Source: Gammaproteobacteria bacterium (GTDB taxonomy: Bacteria; Pseudomonadota; Gammaproteobacteria; JAJFKG01). Taken from it: a stretch of DNA of 64,000 bases. Positions 31,594 to 42,319 of this stretch are shown in pieces. Every line of letters begins with the position of its first letter. The stretch's first letter is position 1. Position numbers and translations under genes: made by a program. The notes under the pieces are model-generated. The model was not told the DNA's origin. It saw nothing but the letters and a program-made list of their open reading frames with translations, and searched no databases. The stretch lies in NCBI GenBank assembly GCA_965116795.1, contig OZ220716.1, positions 1,194,503 through 1,258,502 of the forward strand, written 5' to 3'.

Positions 31594-32787
31594 ATGCGTG
31601 CTTGGAACAAAGCCACTGGCGAGCCGTGGGCCATTACCCATGAGGCTCTCTCAAATATACTCGATATTGCGGCAAGACAAAACCAATCACCCGAAGTCGT
31701 TGCAGCCAAGTTGGGACGTGAACTACACAATACACGTCAGATGACTATTCATAACGGTGTTGCGGTGATTCCGGTTGTCGGTGCTCTCTTTCGTTATGCC
31801 AATGTGTTTACGCAAGTCAGTGGTGCCTCATCGTATGAGTTAATTGCCACCGACTTCAGAGATGCGTTTGCGGATAACGATGTGCACACCATTATATTGA
31901 ACATTGACTCGCCTGGCGGTGAAGTCAATGGTTGTTGTGATTTAGCGCAAACGATTTATGAAGCCAGAGGCAAAAAGCCCATCTTTGCGTATGCGTCAGG
32001 GGATGTCGCCTCCGGTGCGTATTGGATAGCAAGCAGCTGTGACAGCATCCTTGTTTCTAAGACCAGTAGCGTTGGCTCTATAGGGGTTGTCGGTGTGTAC
32101 CGTGATAACAAAGACAACAACACCGTTGAGATTGTCTCATCGCAAAGTCCGCATAAGCGCCTTGATATACAGACCGACGATGGCAAAGCTCGCTTACAGC
32201 AACGCATTGATGCGATGGCTAACGTCTTTATCAAAGCAGTGGCTACTTATCGCAATGTTTCACCGGAATCCGTGCAGCAACGTTACGGGGGTGGCGATGT
32301 GTTTATTGGTGAGGAGGCTATTAAGCATGGCTTAGCCGATGGCACTAACACACTCGATAACCTTATCGCCGGGCGTCAACGTAATTGTGCACAAACGATT
32401 TATTCACACTCACAGGAGATAACCACTATGTCTGATAACGTTTCTGAAAATATGGCATCAACTGATGCAGCAAATTCATTGGAAGCTGGTAAGGTGCAAG
32501 AGCGTGCTCGCATTCAAGCTATCTTAACCTGCAAAGCCGCTGAGCACCGACAAAAGTTAGCACAGCACTTAGCCTTTGCTACCGACATGGAGGTAGAGCT
32601 GGCTAAACAAACGTTAATGTCTGCACCTGAGTCTGCATCATCACCAGCAAAGCAAACAAACGATACCACTGGCTTTCAAGCGGCAATGAATTCACTTGAG
32701 AACCCTGACATTGTACCAAGCAGCGCATCAGATAACGATGAGCGTGAAGAGATTGACAGCGTTGTTAAACGCATTGCGAGTTACTGA
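31594..32787 (+). CDS. S49 capsid maturation protease with C-terminal scaffold (gpC/Nu3-like)
   Basis: IDSPGG, ASGAYWIAS, GSIGV. Internal RBS CAGGAG before MSDNVSEN. Confidence 0.9.
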   Translation: MRAWNKATGEPWAITHEALSNILDIAARQNQSPEVVAAKLGRELHNTRQMTIHNGVAVIPVVGALFRYANVFTQVSGASSYELIATDFRDAFADNDVHTIILNIDSPGGEVNGCCDLAQTIYEARGKKPIFAYASGDVASGAYWIASSCDSILVSKTSSVGSIGVVGVYRDNKDNNTVEIVSSQSPHKRLDIQTDDGKARLQQRIDAMANVFIKAVATYRNVSPESVQQRYGGGDVFIGEEAIKHGLADGTNTLDNLIAGRQRNCAQTIYSHSQEITTMSDNVSENMASTDAANSLEAGKVQERARIQAILTCKAAEHRQKLAQHLAFATDMEVELAKQTLMSAPESASSPAKQTNDTTGFQAAMNSLENPDIVPSSASDNDEREEIDSVVKRIASY

Positions 32788-32836
32788 TGGCACTTTGGCT
32801 AATCGGATATCTATTAATTAAGCGGAGGAAACCAAC

Positions 32837-33220
32837 ATGAGCGCACGAGGCTTTACTGACCAGGGTTCAATTACACCCGATAATTTATTTGCAGGGGAAT
32901 TCCCCTGTGTACAACGTACAGAGACTATCACCGGTGGCATGAAGTTACCCCGAGGTGCGGTATTAGGCCGCATCAATGACTCAGGCCATTTTACCTTAAG
33001 TAAATTACGTGCCGGTGATGGCTCTCAAGTCCCCGTCGCCATCTTAGCGGAAGACTGTGATGCCACTACCGATACCCAAGCGGTGGTCTATCACGCCGGA
33101 GAATTCAATGCCAAGGCGTTAACCTATGGTGAAGGTCATACGGCTAAGTCGGTGTGGGAGGCTCGACGCGCGGCAGCGGGTAACAACACCTTATTCTTAC
33201 GTAACAACCAAGGAGCATAA
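32837..33220 (+). CDS. Head decoration protein (gpD-like)
   Basis: RGAVLG, DGSQVPVAILA, GEFN; position in the head operon. Confidence 0.85.
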   Translation: MSARGFTDQGSITPDNLFAGEFPCVQRTETITGGMKLPRGAVLGRINDSGHFTLSKLRAGDGSQVPVAILAEDCDATTDTQAVVYHAGEFNAKALTYGEGHTAKSVWEARRAAAGNNTLFLRNNQGA

Positions 33221-33222
33221 TC

Positions 33223-34260
33223 ATGGTCGACATTTTTTCAACGTTTGTTTTAAATCGCACAATTGAATGCTTAGAGCGTTCATCCTCATTTTTGTTAGAT
33301 ACCTTCTTCACCTCGGTACAAATGGAAGAGAGCGAAGAAATCCACTTTGACATTAATGAATCTAAACCTCGACTAGCGCCCTTTGTCTCACCCTTAGTAG
33401 CCGGTAAAGTGGTGGATGCGCAAGGCTACAGCACTCAAAGCTTTAGACCGGCGTATGTGAAAGACAAACGCCGCTTTGATGCCAATACGCCCATAAAGCG
33501 CGTCATTGGAGAAACCATTGGGGGCAGCTTGCCTGCTAATCGACGATTAGAAGCGGCAGTGAGCAAAGCCCTCAAAGACCAATTAGAGAATCTCACCCGT
33601 CGTGAGGAAGTGATGGCCGCTGAAGCGTTAACCAAAGGTACCGTCACCGTCTCTGGCGACAATTACCCAACGCAAGTAGTCAACTTTAAACGTGACCCCA
33701 AACTCACGGTGAAGTTAACCAAGAACGAAGAGAAATGGAGCCACCCAGAATCCCCTGCCCTTGACCAACTCGAAGATTGGGCTGGGTTAATTCAGGAAAA
33801 ATCCGGTGCGGTGGCACGGCGTGTTATCTTAGACCCCAAAGCCTGGCGCTTGCTACGCAAGAACAAGCAAGTTATCGGTCAACTGGAAATTCGTCGTGGG
33901 ACGACCATCAACATCGATACTGACCCGATGGTGCGGGGTCAAGGTAATGAAAAAGCACGGTACGTTGGCTCCATCGGGGATTTTGACCTTCATGTTTACA
34001 ACGATGTCTATGTGGATGATGATGACACGGTGCAACCGTTACTCCCTGATAATACATTGCTACTTATCAGTCAGCAAAACTTAGAAGGTACACGGTGTTA
34101 TGGCATGATACGAGATGAAAAGGCAGACTTTCGCGCGATGCGTTACTTCAGCAAAAGTTGGATGGAAGAAGACCCAGCGGTCAGATGGTTGTTATTACAA
34201 TCAGCGCCATTGATTGTGCCCTATCGTCCGAATGCATCACTCTGCGTAACGGTGGCCTAA
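33223..34260 (+). CDS. Major capsid protein (lambda gpE family)
   Basis: LAPFVSP, PAYVK, RREEVMAAEAL, QSAPL. Confidence 0.92.
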   Translation: MVDIFSTFVLNRTIECLERSSSFLLDTFFTSVQMEESEEIHFDINESKPRLAPFVSPLVAGKVVDAQGYSTQSFRPAYVKDKRRFDANTPIKRVIGETIGGSLPANRRLEAAVSKALKDQLENLTRREEVMAAEALTKGTVTVSGDNYPTQVVNFKRDPKLTVKLTKNEEKWSHPESPALDQLEDWAGLIQEKSGAVARRVILDPKAWRLLRKNKQVIGQLEIRRGTTINIDTDPMVRGQGNEKARYVGSIGDFDLHVYNDVYVDDDDTVQPLLPDNTLLLISQQNLEGTRCYGMIRDEKADFRAMRYFSKSWMEEDPAVRWLLLQSAPLIVPYRPNASLCVTVA

Positions 34261-34262
34261 TT

Positions 34263-34580
34263 ATGTTACCTGCATTTTCACAAGCCACCGATAGATTGTT
34301 TGCACGCTTAGGGGTACAAGCGAAGTATCATCCACAAGGCAGTAGTAACAACATTACTTTGCCAGTCATTTTAAAAATCCCAGACCACATTGTGGATTTC
34401 GGTGAAGCACACTTGCATACAGCTACACAAGTGATTGATGTGAAATGCAATGATGTGAAAGAGCCGCAAATAGGTGATGTGATTACCATTGATACATCAT
34501 CTTATCGCATCCAAAGCGAACCGGCACGTGACTTACATGGATTAATCTGGAAAATAGACGTGATTAAAGTATGCAATTAA
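34263..34580 (+). CDS. Head-tail connector/closure protein
   Basis: Position after MCP; P..GD..I...Y.I..EP.RD..G..W pattern. Confidence 0.65.
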   Translation: MLPAFSQATDRLFARLGVQAKYHPQGSSNNITLPVILKIPDHIVDFGEAHLHTATQVIDVKCNDVKEPQIGDVITIDTSSYRIQSEPARDLHGLIWKIDVIKVCN

Positions 34581-35218
34581 AAGCGGCATTGAGTGGTCGT
34601 CTCGATAAATATCTTAAAGCCAACCTAAAAGAAGCAGAGCATGCCGTTACCACTGGCATTAAAACAGCCACCAATAACTTAAAGTTGCAAATGCGTAGCC
34701 AAGTGATAGCGGCCAACTTGGGTAAACGCTTAGCCAACAGTTGGCGCGGAGATGTATACCCGAAACAAAAGACAAGCTTGAATGCCGCGGGTCATGTGTA
34801 TGCACGTGCACATAAGATTCTGACTAACTTTGAACAAGGCACGCTAATACGAGGACGTAAAGGGTTATGGCTGGCTATTCCAACTCCTAATGTGCCTAAA
34901 CGACTTGGCGGTAAACGCCCTATGCCGGGTGACATTGAACGTGCCTGGAATGTAAAACTACGCTTTGTATATCGTTCTAATGGTGCATCACTGCTGGTAT
35001 TAGATAACCGTCGTGCCTCTTACAGTCGCAAGACCGGTAAATTACGTGGCTTTCGTAAAGCCAGTCAATCAGCCCTAAAAACAGGCCGTGGATTAACCAC
35101 CGTTGTGATGTTTTGGTTAGTGCCGCAGGTGAAAATGCCAAAGCGACTTCATTTCAAAACGGCAAGTGAACGTCAGCAACGACAATTACCGAAGCTCATT
35201 ACCGATAACTGGAAATAA
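34571..35218 (+). CDS. Basic minor tail/neck protein (gpZ-like)
   Basis: Lys/Arg-rich, WLAIPT, LVPQVK; position. Confidence 0.65.
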   Translation: MQLKAALSGRLDKYLKANLKEAEHAVTTGIKTATNNLKLQMRSQVIAANLGKRLANSWRGDVYPKQKTSLNAAGHVYARAHKILTNFEQGTLIRGRKGLWLAIPTPNVPKRLGGKRPMPGDIERAWNVKLRFVYRSNGASLLVLDNRRASYSRKTGKLRGFRKASQSALKTGRGLTTVVMFWLVPQVKMPKRLHFKTASERQQRQLPKLITDNWK

Positions 35219-35223
35219 TCCCC

Positions 35224-35658
35224 ATGACCAGCACCCGTGAATATGCCATTGTGATGCTCTTTGGCCAGCTTCGCTGTGCGCTTCCGGATATCATGATATT
35301 GCGCAATGTGGTCGTACCAACAACTATTCCAAGTGAAGGATTAATCATCTTGCGTGATGGCGATATGGGAGAGCCAAGTATGATTTTATCACCACCGCGC
35401 TATGCGTATTATCACCATGTGGCGTTAGAAGTCATTGTGCAACAAGCCGATGATGACAAACGCGAGGCACAGTTAGATGACTTGCTAATAAAAGTGGGAG
35501 AAGCCCTGCAGCAGCCTTTTCCTGCAGATGATGGCATTGATTGTTGTAGAGTGGGGGAACTTGAATTAACCACCGAGCCCATTGAAGGGGCGGCGACACT
35601 CAAAATTGCCCATGTCCCCATTATTGTGGAATATGTCACGACCAATCCATTGTTCTAG
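35224..35658 (+). CDS. Tail terminator-like protein
   Basis: GLIILRDGD, LSPPRY; lies before the tube gene. Confidence 0.6.
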   Translation: MTSTREYAIVMLFGQLRCALPDIMILRNVVVPTTIPSEGLIILRDGDMGEPSMILSPPRYAYYHHVALEVIVQQADDDKREAQLDDLLIKVGEALQQPFPADDGIDCCRVGELELTTEPIEGAATLKIAHVPIIVEYVTTNPLF

Positions 35659-35700
35659 CAGTCACTAACGCAATCAAACATTATGTAGAGGAGCAAACGC

Positions 35701-36771
35701 ATGGCAAGAGCGTATGGCTGGAACGCCAGCCTATTATTTGGGTTTGAGCAAAGTTACGGTATCCCACCGAACAACGGATACCATCAAGTCCCCTTTATTT
35801 CATCAAGTTTGGACTCTGAGCAAGGTTTGATTGAATCCAATGTCTTGGGGCTAGGTCGTGACCCCACAGCCCCATTTCAAGACATAATCAATGTGGATGG
35901 CGATGTCGTTATCCCAGCAGAGCTTCGTAGTATCGGTTTATGGTTAACCGGATTATTCGGTGAGCCAGAAACAACAAACAATAAAAAAGTTTATCAACAT
36001 ACATTTGCCTCTGGCAAAACACGCCTACCCAGCATCAGTTTAGAAATTGGTTTGCCCGACGTGCCTGATTACCCACTGTATACCGGTACACGAGTTAATT
36101 CGATGGCGTTTAACTTTGAGCGCAGCGGTGAAGCACAAGTGACGGTGAATATGTTAGGGCAAGGTGAAACAGCGAGCCATACAACCCGTGACTCAGCGCC
36201 ATCACAATTTTCCTACACACGGTTTTCCCAATTTCAAGGTTCGATTAAACATGCCGGAGAATTTCTAGCGGATGTCACCTCAGCCTCCATTACCTACAGC
36301 AATAACTTTGAGAAAATCCAAACGATACGTGATGATGGCAAGGTTGATGGCATTGACCCAGGGATTGCCGCACTCTCAGGTAATATTTCCGTGCGTTACA
36401 GTAATTCAAAGTTGATGGACTTAGCTAGAGAAGGAAACCCCATTGATATTGAGCTAGCTTACACTATCGATGAGCACCGTAAATTAGTACTAACCGCACA
36501 CTCAGTGTATTTGCCCAAAGCCAAACGCAGTATTAATGGTGCCGGTGGTATTGAAGCGGCATACGATTTTCAAGGTGCTAAATCTGAAGAATTTAATCGG
36601 ATGTTAACGGTAACACTGGTGAATGATGTCAGTGGTTATCATTTACAAGCATTACCACCCAAACCACCCAAAACATTGCCACCGAAAAAACCACCGCAAG
36701 AGACCGAGCAACAACAGGAGGAACCTAACGATGTTGAAACTGTCACTCTCTACAAACCCCCACTGGATTGA
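35701..36771 (+). CDS. Tail tube (major tail) protein with Pro/Glu-rich C-terminal extension
   Basis: MARAYG...FEQSYG, LGLGRDP, HTFASG...LVNDVSGY then an extra tail. Confidence 0.8.
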   Translation: MARAYGWNASLLFGFEQSYGIPPNNGYHQVPFISSSLDSEQGLIESNVLGLGRDPTAPFQDIINVDGDVVIPAELRSIGLWLTGLFGEPETTNNKKVYQHTFASGKTRLPSISLEIGLPDVPDYPLYTGTRVNSMAFNFERSGEAQVTVNMLGQGETASHTTRDSAPSQFSYTRFSQFQGSIKHAGEFLADVTSASITYSNNFEKIQTIRDDGKVDGIDPGIAALSGNISVRYSNSKLMDLAREGNPIDIELAYTIDEHRKLVLTAHSVYLPKAKRSINGAGGIEAAYDFQGAKSEEFNRMLTVTLVNDVSGYHLQALPPKPPKTLPPKKPPQETEQQQEEPNDVETVTLYKPPLD

Positions 36772-37297
36772 TTTAGGCATGCAGGTGCGCGTTAAAGTGC
36801 GCCCATGCAATAGTGCTATCTTCTATCAAGCCAAAGCCTTTATGCAACATCGTTTGCAACAATTGGGTGAAGACTACCGCATTCAGAAAGACAGGGGTGC
36901 TGACATGAGCCACTTACCTAACGTAGAAGATGAAACGACCCGTGAAGCTTTAGCTGAGCAGTACCTAACACTGGGTTTAGCCTTGGTGAGCATCATCGAA
37001 TGGGAAGGCGTACTGGACAATGATGATAAAGATGAAGATGTGATTGCACCGGTCACAGAGAACAACATCACACAGTTATTTGAAAACTACTGGGTGATTG
37101 CTGAAACGTTCCGCCAACAATACACCGGTATGCGAGAGTTGTTAGAATCTGAAAAAAACGAATCACGGCTCGCTTGCAATGGCACTGCAACGGCGGGTCG
37201 GAGTACTGCGCCAACTGTGCCAGACAACAGCTCTCCTGTGCGCAAGGAGAAAAAGGTGAAGACGGAAAGAAATGCCCGTACCTCGAAAATACATTAA
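36731..37297 (+). CDS. Tail assembly chaperone (gpG-like)
   Basis: RBS CAGGAGG; between tube and tape measure; slippery A AAA AAC at 37153. Confidence 0.7.
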   Translation: MLKLSLSTNPHWIDLGMQVRVKVRPCNSAIFYQAKAFMQHRLQQLGEDYRIQKDRGADMSHLPNVEDETTREALAEQYLTLGLALVSIIEWEGVLDNDDKDEDVIAPVTENNITQLFENYWVIAETFRQQYTGMRELLESEKNESRLACNGTATAGRSTAPTVPDNSSPVRKEKKVKTERNARTSKIH

Positions 37298-37497
37298 AGA
37301 CGATAGAGGGTTGGCAAGCGTGGGATGTGGCTAACAAGGTGCTAACTCAATGTCAGGAGAGCTTCCCGTTAGATATAGCATTGCAGTTGAGTGAAAGCTT
37401 GGGTTACCATCAAGCGGCTATGGCGGAGTTATTGCCATCGGCGGCTATTGGGATCGCTCTGGCGATGAAAGAGATGCAGAAAAATAAGGAAGGTTAA
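37153..37497 (+). CDS. -1 frameshift extension of tail chaperone (gpGT-like)
   Basis: -1 frame reads KKRITARLQWHCNGGSEYC from the slippery heptamer. Confidence 0.65.
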   Translation, partial: KKRITARLQWHCNGGSEYCANCARQQLSCAQGEKGEDGKKCPYLENTLKTIEGWQAWDVANKVLTQCQESFPLDIALQLSESLGYHQAAMAELLPSAAIGIALAMKEMQKNKEG

Positions 37498-37614
37498 TCA
37501 CAACTAAAGGGCTTATATTAGCCAATTTATGTTTTAGCATTGGTAAATACTGCTATTTTGTTTAAAGATAGCTTACAGTATTTTTCAAGGACAGATGTGC
37601 AAGAGGAATTGCAA

Positions 37615-38007
37615 ATGAAAAAGCTCATTTACATGGCATTAGTGATGATCATGATTTCAGCATGTTCGGATCAAACACAAACAAATGTTGATGATACGTT
37701 GCCAACGTATGATGTTGCTCCCTATTGCCAAGAAATTGCTGGTTATTTCAAACACCATGATACGGACGAAAATCACAGTTATTCTGACAATATATTTAAT
37801 AGCTGTCTTAAAGAAGAAAAAGTCGATTATGAATGGTTGAAAGTTCATTGGAACTTGCTGTCCTCAAAATCGAAAATATATTGCAAACAAGCCATTGGCA
37901 ATCCCAATAAAAATTATAACTCATTAAAAATGTGTACCTTAGCAGGAACATGTTTAGATGATCATAAAAACTTAAAAATCTGTGCAGAGCGCGAAAGACA
38001 AGAATAG
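37615..38007 (+). CDS. Cys-rich lipoprotein (moron)
   Basis: MKKLIYMALVMIMISAC lipobox; AT-rich insert between tail genes. Confidence 0.7.
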   Translation: MKKLIYMALVMIMISACSDQTQTNVDDTLPTYDVAPYCQEIAGYFKHHDTDENHSYSDNIFNSCLKEEKVDYEWLKVHWNLLSSKSKIYCKQAIGNPNKNYNSLKMCTLAGTCLDDHKNLKICAERERQE

Positions 38008-38146
38008 AAATAGATTGCTAACACAGCACATTTATTTTAAGACTAACTAATCAAGCATAGTGACATTTCACTCTTAAATTTTCCGCAAAAATTACCACTA
38101 TGGCAATATAAATACACTCATATTACCTATAAGGTAGGAATCTATT

Positions 38147-41029
38147 ATGAATACAAATAGCAAAACATTATCGATTCGCTTAGCCGCGACAGGCGGTGAT
38201 CAGTTACGCCGCGAGTTTGACAAACTTGGCATACGTGGCCAACGTGCTTTTAATAATATTAAAGAGGCGACAAAGCCTGCCTCTAAAGGGATCAAATCTG
38301 TTGATATTGCTGCAAAGACATTAAATAGAACACTGAAACAAGCAACTGGTGTTGTAGGAACGTATGTTAGTGTTCTTGGATTAACTCGGTTGTCCAAATC
38401 GCTTATCTCGACCAACAGTGAATTTGAGCAATTACACGCGAGCTTAGAAACAGTCACCGGCTCTTTAAAAGGCGCAGATGAGGCCTTTGCCATGATAGAA
38501 CGATTTGCTGCCAGCACGCCCTTTAGTGTAGAGCAGTTAACCGAAGCCTTCATTAAGTTAAAAGCGATGGGGCTTGATCCATCGGCTGATGCACTACGCG
38601 CTTACGGTAATACGGCTTCTGCCATGGGCAAAGATTTGTTGCAATTTGTTGATGCGGTGACCAATGCCACCACCGGTCGTTTCATGAACTTAAAGTCCTT
38701 TGGCATTAATGCCGAAGTGCAAGGTGACAAAGTCGCCTTTACGTTTAACAAGATAAAGACGGTTGTTCGTAAAAATGCCACTGAGATTGAAACGTACCTG
38801 CGCCACATTGGTAAAACAGAGTTTGCTGGTGATATGGCCAAGAAGATGGACATCATCAAAGGCATTTACAGTAACATCAAAGACAACTTAGCCCACATTG
38901 AACGTGAAATCGGTGCCGGTGGATTTAGAAAAGCGATCCATGATGTGGGAGTGAGCATCCGGGATGCCACCGGTGATGCAGATGAGGCGGCTCATGCCAT
39001 TGGTGAAACCTTGGGTAATGCCATTCACCTCAGTGCAGCGGCATTTGGGTTTTTATACCAACATGCCGGTTTAGCCGCTGAGGGGTTAGAGTATCTTTTG
39101 GTGGCACACAGTGTCGCTAAAGCGTTTGTGCTGCTAAGAAGGGTGACTGTTGGTAATGCGGGGTTAATAGTCGGATTACGATTAGTCACCAGTCTATCTG
39201 CTGGTACTGCTTCTAAAATTATCCTGCTTGAAAGTGCTACGAAGCTTGCAACGGTCGCTACCCTCGGCTTAAAGCGCGCGCTGGCGTTAGTGGGTGGTCC
39301 GGCGGGCTTAGCGGGTATAGCAGGGTTTGCATTGTATAAATTGGCAGAAGGTCATGAGGCTGCCACTGTTGCGGCTAAGCGACATACGACTGAACTTAGC
39401 AAGTTGCTGAAAACATTAAAACAAGCGGCCAACGGCACGGGGCAACCGATGTTGGCTAATGAAGCGATCGCGCGTGTGACAGAGCAACTAAACCAATCAA
39501 AACAGGATGCCGCCAATTTGATGCAAGAAATCCGATCTGTTTATCCCGGCAGTTTCTTAGATCACATCAAAGAATTGCTTCATTTTGGGTTAATGAAAGA
39601 TTTGCAAGAGATTCGTCAAGCATTCCAATCTGGTGAAAGGAGTATTGAGGAGCATCGCAAAGCAATATGGGATTTAGCTTTAAAACATCCCGAGTTCGCT
39701 AAACAAGCTGACGAAATTAACAAATATATAGAAGCCTTAAAAAAAGCACAACAGCAAATCAAAGAGGCCGAAGCTGAGCTGATTAAATTAAAAAGTGGCA
39801 CACTGAACACGAACCCAAGTAAAAAGGATGGCATCAAGCAAATTATCCCTGCGTTAGATGAGAAACAAATACAACACATCAAAGAGACCATTCAATCTTT
39901 AGAAGCCCAGACAGTTGCCATGCAACGCTTGGTTGCTGCACGCAAAGAAGGCAATGAAGCCGTACAACGTGCATTGATATTAAACGAGCAAGAAAATACA
40001 TTTGCCAAGTTTGGCATTGATATGAATCAACAACAAACTGAAGAAGCATCCAAGCTTATCAAACAGACTAAAGATTTAATTCAACAAAAGTATAACTTGC
40101 AACAAGCTGACAAAGACGCCATTGAAATGGCGAAGCGTCATAAACAAACCATACAAACTATTACACGCGCATTGAATGCCACCAAATCTGAAAGCGAGCA
40201 AGCGCGCATTGAAGCCGATACCTGGCGTCAGAGTGCATTAGCAGGATTGGATAGCATGAGCCAAGGCTATGTTACCTTTGCCAGTGACATTGAAACCGTT
40301 TATCAGCACATGTTAAAGCAAGCGCGCGAGAAAGATTTGGCTAATTCTAAACGTTGGCAAGATGGAGTAACCCGCGGGCTTCGTGATGTGGTGGATGAAG
40401 CCAATGACATGGCATCGCAAGTTGAAAATGCCATTACCAATGCTTTTTCTAACATGGAAGATGCCTTAGTTGAATTTGTGATGAAAGGCAAGCTTGATTT
40501 TAAATCACTGGCAGACTCTATCATTGCTGATATTCTTCGCATTCAAATTAAGCAGAATATTACTGCACCTTTAGCCAATGCAGTTGGGTCAATCAACTTT
40601 AGTCAATTATTTGGTGCGGCGCATACCGGTGGTGTGATTGGTCATGATGCGTTAACAAAACGTGCTGTTAATTCCTCTGTGTTTGATGGTGCTCCGAAAT
40701 TCCATGGGGGCGGTGTCGTTGGCAATGAAGTGCCGATTATTGCCAAAAAAGGTGAGACAGTTTTTACTAAAGGGCAAATGCAATTATTAGGAGCGGGCTT
40801 AGCATCACGCAATGTGGCTCCCACTGTTACGGTACATGTGCATAACAACGCTCAAGGTGTACAAGCTAAAACGCATACAACCAAAACACCTGATGGCAAT
40901 GTGCAGCTGGATATTATTGTTGAACATGTTGAACAAAAGCTTGCGCGCAATATCACGCGTGGTGATGGGCTAGCACCGGTGATGGAACGACGTTACGGTT
41001 TGAATCCAGCTAATGGCAGTTATCGATAA
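38147..41029 (+). CDS. Tail tape measure protein
   Basis: 960 aa, helical; FAASTPF, GKLDFKSLADSII, FHGGG...EVPIIAKKGETV. Confidence 0.92.
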   Translation: MNTNSKTLSIRLAATGGDQLRREFDKLGIRGQRAFNNIKEATKPASKGIKSVDIAAKTLNRTLKQATGVVGTYVSVLGLTRLSKSLISTNSEFEQLHASLETVTGSLKGADEAFAMIERFAASTPFSVEQLTEAFIKLKAMGLDPSADALRAYGNTASAMGKDLLQFVDAVTNATTGRFMNLKSFGINAEVQGDKVAFTFNKIKTVVRKNATEIETYLRHIGKTEFAGDMAKKMDIIKGIYSNIKDNLAHIEREIGAGGFRKAIHDVGVSIRDATGDADEAAHAIGETLGNAIHLSAAAFGFLYQHAGLAAEGLEYLLVAHSVAKAFVLLRRVTVGNAGLIVGLRLVTSLSAGTASKIILLESATKLATVATLGLKRALALVGGPAGLAGIAGFALYKLAEGHEAATVAAKRHTTELSKLLKTLKQAANGTGQPMLANEAIARVTEQLNQSKQDAANLMQEIRSVYPGSFLDHIKELLHFGLMKDLQEIRQAFQSGERSIEEHRKAIWDLALKHPEFAKQADEINKYIEALKKAQQQIKEAEAELIKLKSGTLNTNPSKKDGIKQIIPALDEKQIQHIKETIQSLEAQTVAMQRLVAARKEGNEAVQRALILNEQENTFAKFGIDMNQQQTEEASKLIKQTKDLIQQKYNLQQADKDAIEMAKRHKQTIQTITRALNATKSESEQARIEADTWRQSALAGLDSMSQGYVTFASDIETVYQHMLKQAREKDLANSKRWQDGVTRGLRDVVDEANDMASQVENAITNAFSNMEDALVEFVMKGKLDFKSLADSIIADILRIQIKQNITAPLANAVGSINFSQLFGAAHTGGVIGHDALTKRAVNSSVFDGAPKFHGGGVVGNEVPIIAKKGETVFTKGQMQLLGAGLASRNVAPTVTVHVHNNAQGVQAKTHTTKTPDGNVQLDIIVEHVEQKLARNITRGDGLAPVMERRYGLNPANGSYR

Positions 41030-41207
41030 CAAAACAAAACCGAGCAAATCAAATTACTTGCTACTCCTTGACCTACTCGGTGCTTTAAGAAAAGCTATCA
41101 ACTAATTATTTGAATTTTTAATTGATGGTATGGATCTCCCACTTGACAAAGGCTTCATAATGAGCCGGAATTGAAATGTTTCAATTACAGTAAAGAGGAG
41201 ATCCACT

Positions 41208-42245
41208 GTGAATATTACAACATTAGGAATCGATTTGGCAAAAAATGTATTTCAACTCCACGGAGTTGATAATGAAGGAAATGTCGTGTTGAAGAAGCGT
41301 ATAAGACGATCAAAATTTGTAGAATTTATGCAACAACTACCCAGTTGTGCTGTGGCAACGGAATCCTGTGGTAGCGCAAATTACTGGGGTAGACATCTAC
41401 AAGCGATGGGACACGAGGTCAAACTTATCGCACCGCAATTCGTAAAACCTTTTGTGATGGGTGATAAGAATGATAGCAATGATGCCAGAGCTATCTGTCA
41501 AGCACGCTTATGTAAAGATATGCGTTATGTCCCCATCAAGAGTGAAGGACAACAAGATATTCAATCTATTCATCGTCACCGAGAATTACTTGTTAAACAA
41601 CGCACACAGTTAGCCAATCAAATCCGCGGATTATTAGCTGAATATGGTGAAATCATTCCTAAAGAAATCCGTAATTTGCGAAGCCAATTACCGGCTGTTA
41701 TTGATGATCAAGCTAACGGATTAACATCACGAGCTCGTACATTATTTTCAGATTTATACCAAGAATTGCGTGGTTATGATGAAAAGATAAAACGCTATGA
41801 TAAAGAGATTGATACGATAGCAGAGCAAAATCCAGCTTGTAAAAACATCATGAGTATTCCTGGAGTTGGTGCTAAAACGGCGACAGCCGTATATGCGGCA
41901 ATTGGTAGTGGGTATGCATTCAAAAATGGTAGACAGTTTGCAGCCTGGTGTGGATTAGTCCCCAGGCAATCATCCAGTGGCGATAAAGTTCGACTCGGTG
42001 GTATTACTAAACGGGGAAATATGTATTTGCGTAAACTGTTAGTGCATGGAGCACGTGCAAGCTTTAATCAAGCTAGTAAGAAAGATACACCGGTAGCCCG
42101 TTGGGCATGTCGGAAACAGGCACGTAGCTCGACAAATCGAACAGTAGTTGCTTTAGCCAATAAGAATGCACGAGTTATTTGGGTCATGCTAACACAGGGT
42201 GTGTGTTATGAAGCTAACTTAGTGTGTGCTAATGGCAATGCGTAA
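41208..42245 (+). CDS. IS110/IS1111 DEDD recombinase (transposase)
   Basis: GIDLAK, ESCGSA, KNDSNDA, GLVPRQSSSG. Confidence 0.95.
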   Translation: MNITTLGIDLAKNVFQLHGVDNEGNVVLKKRIRRSKFVEFMQQLPSCAVATESCGSANYWGRHLQAMGHEVKLIAPQFVKPFVMGDKNDSNDARAICQARLCKDMRYVPIKSEGQQDIQSIHRHRELLVKQRTQLANQIRGLLAEYGEIIPKEIRNLRSQLPAVIDDQANGLTSRARTLFSDLYQELRGYDEKIKRYDKEIDTIAEQNPACKNIMSIPGVGAKTATAVYAAIGSGYAFKNGRQFAAWCGLVPRQSSSGDKVRLGGITKRGNMYLRKLLVHGARASFNQASKKDTPVARWACRKQARSSTNRTVVALANKNARVIWVMLTQGVCYEANLVCANGNA

Positions 42246-42319
42246 TCAATGCGATAGTGAGCTAAGTTGCACTATTAATTAAACAAGTTTTAACGGAGTA
42301 ATCGCAAGCGTAATTGAAT

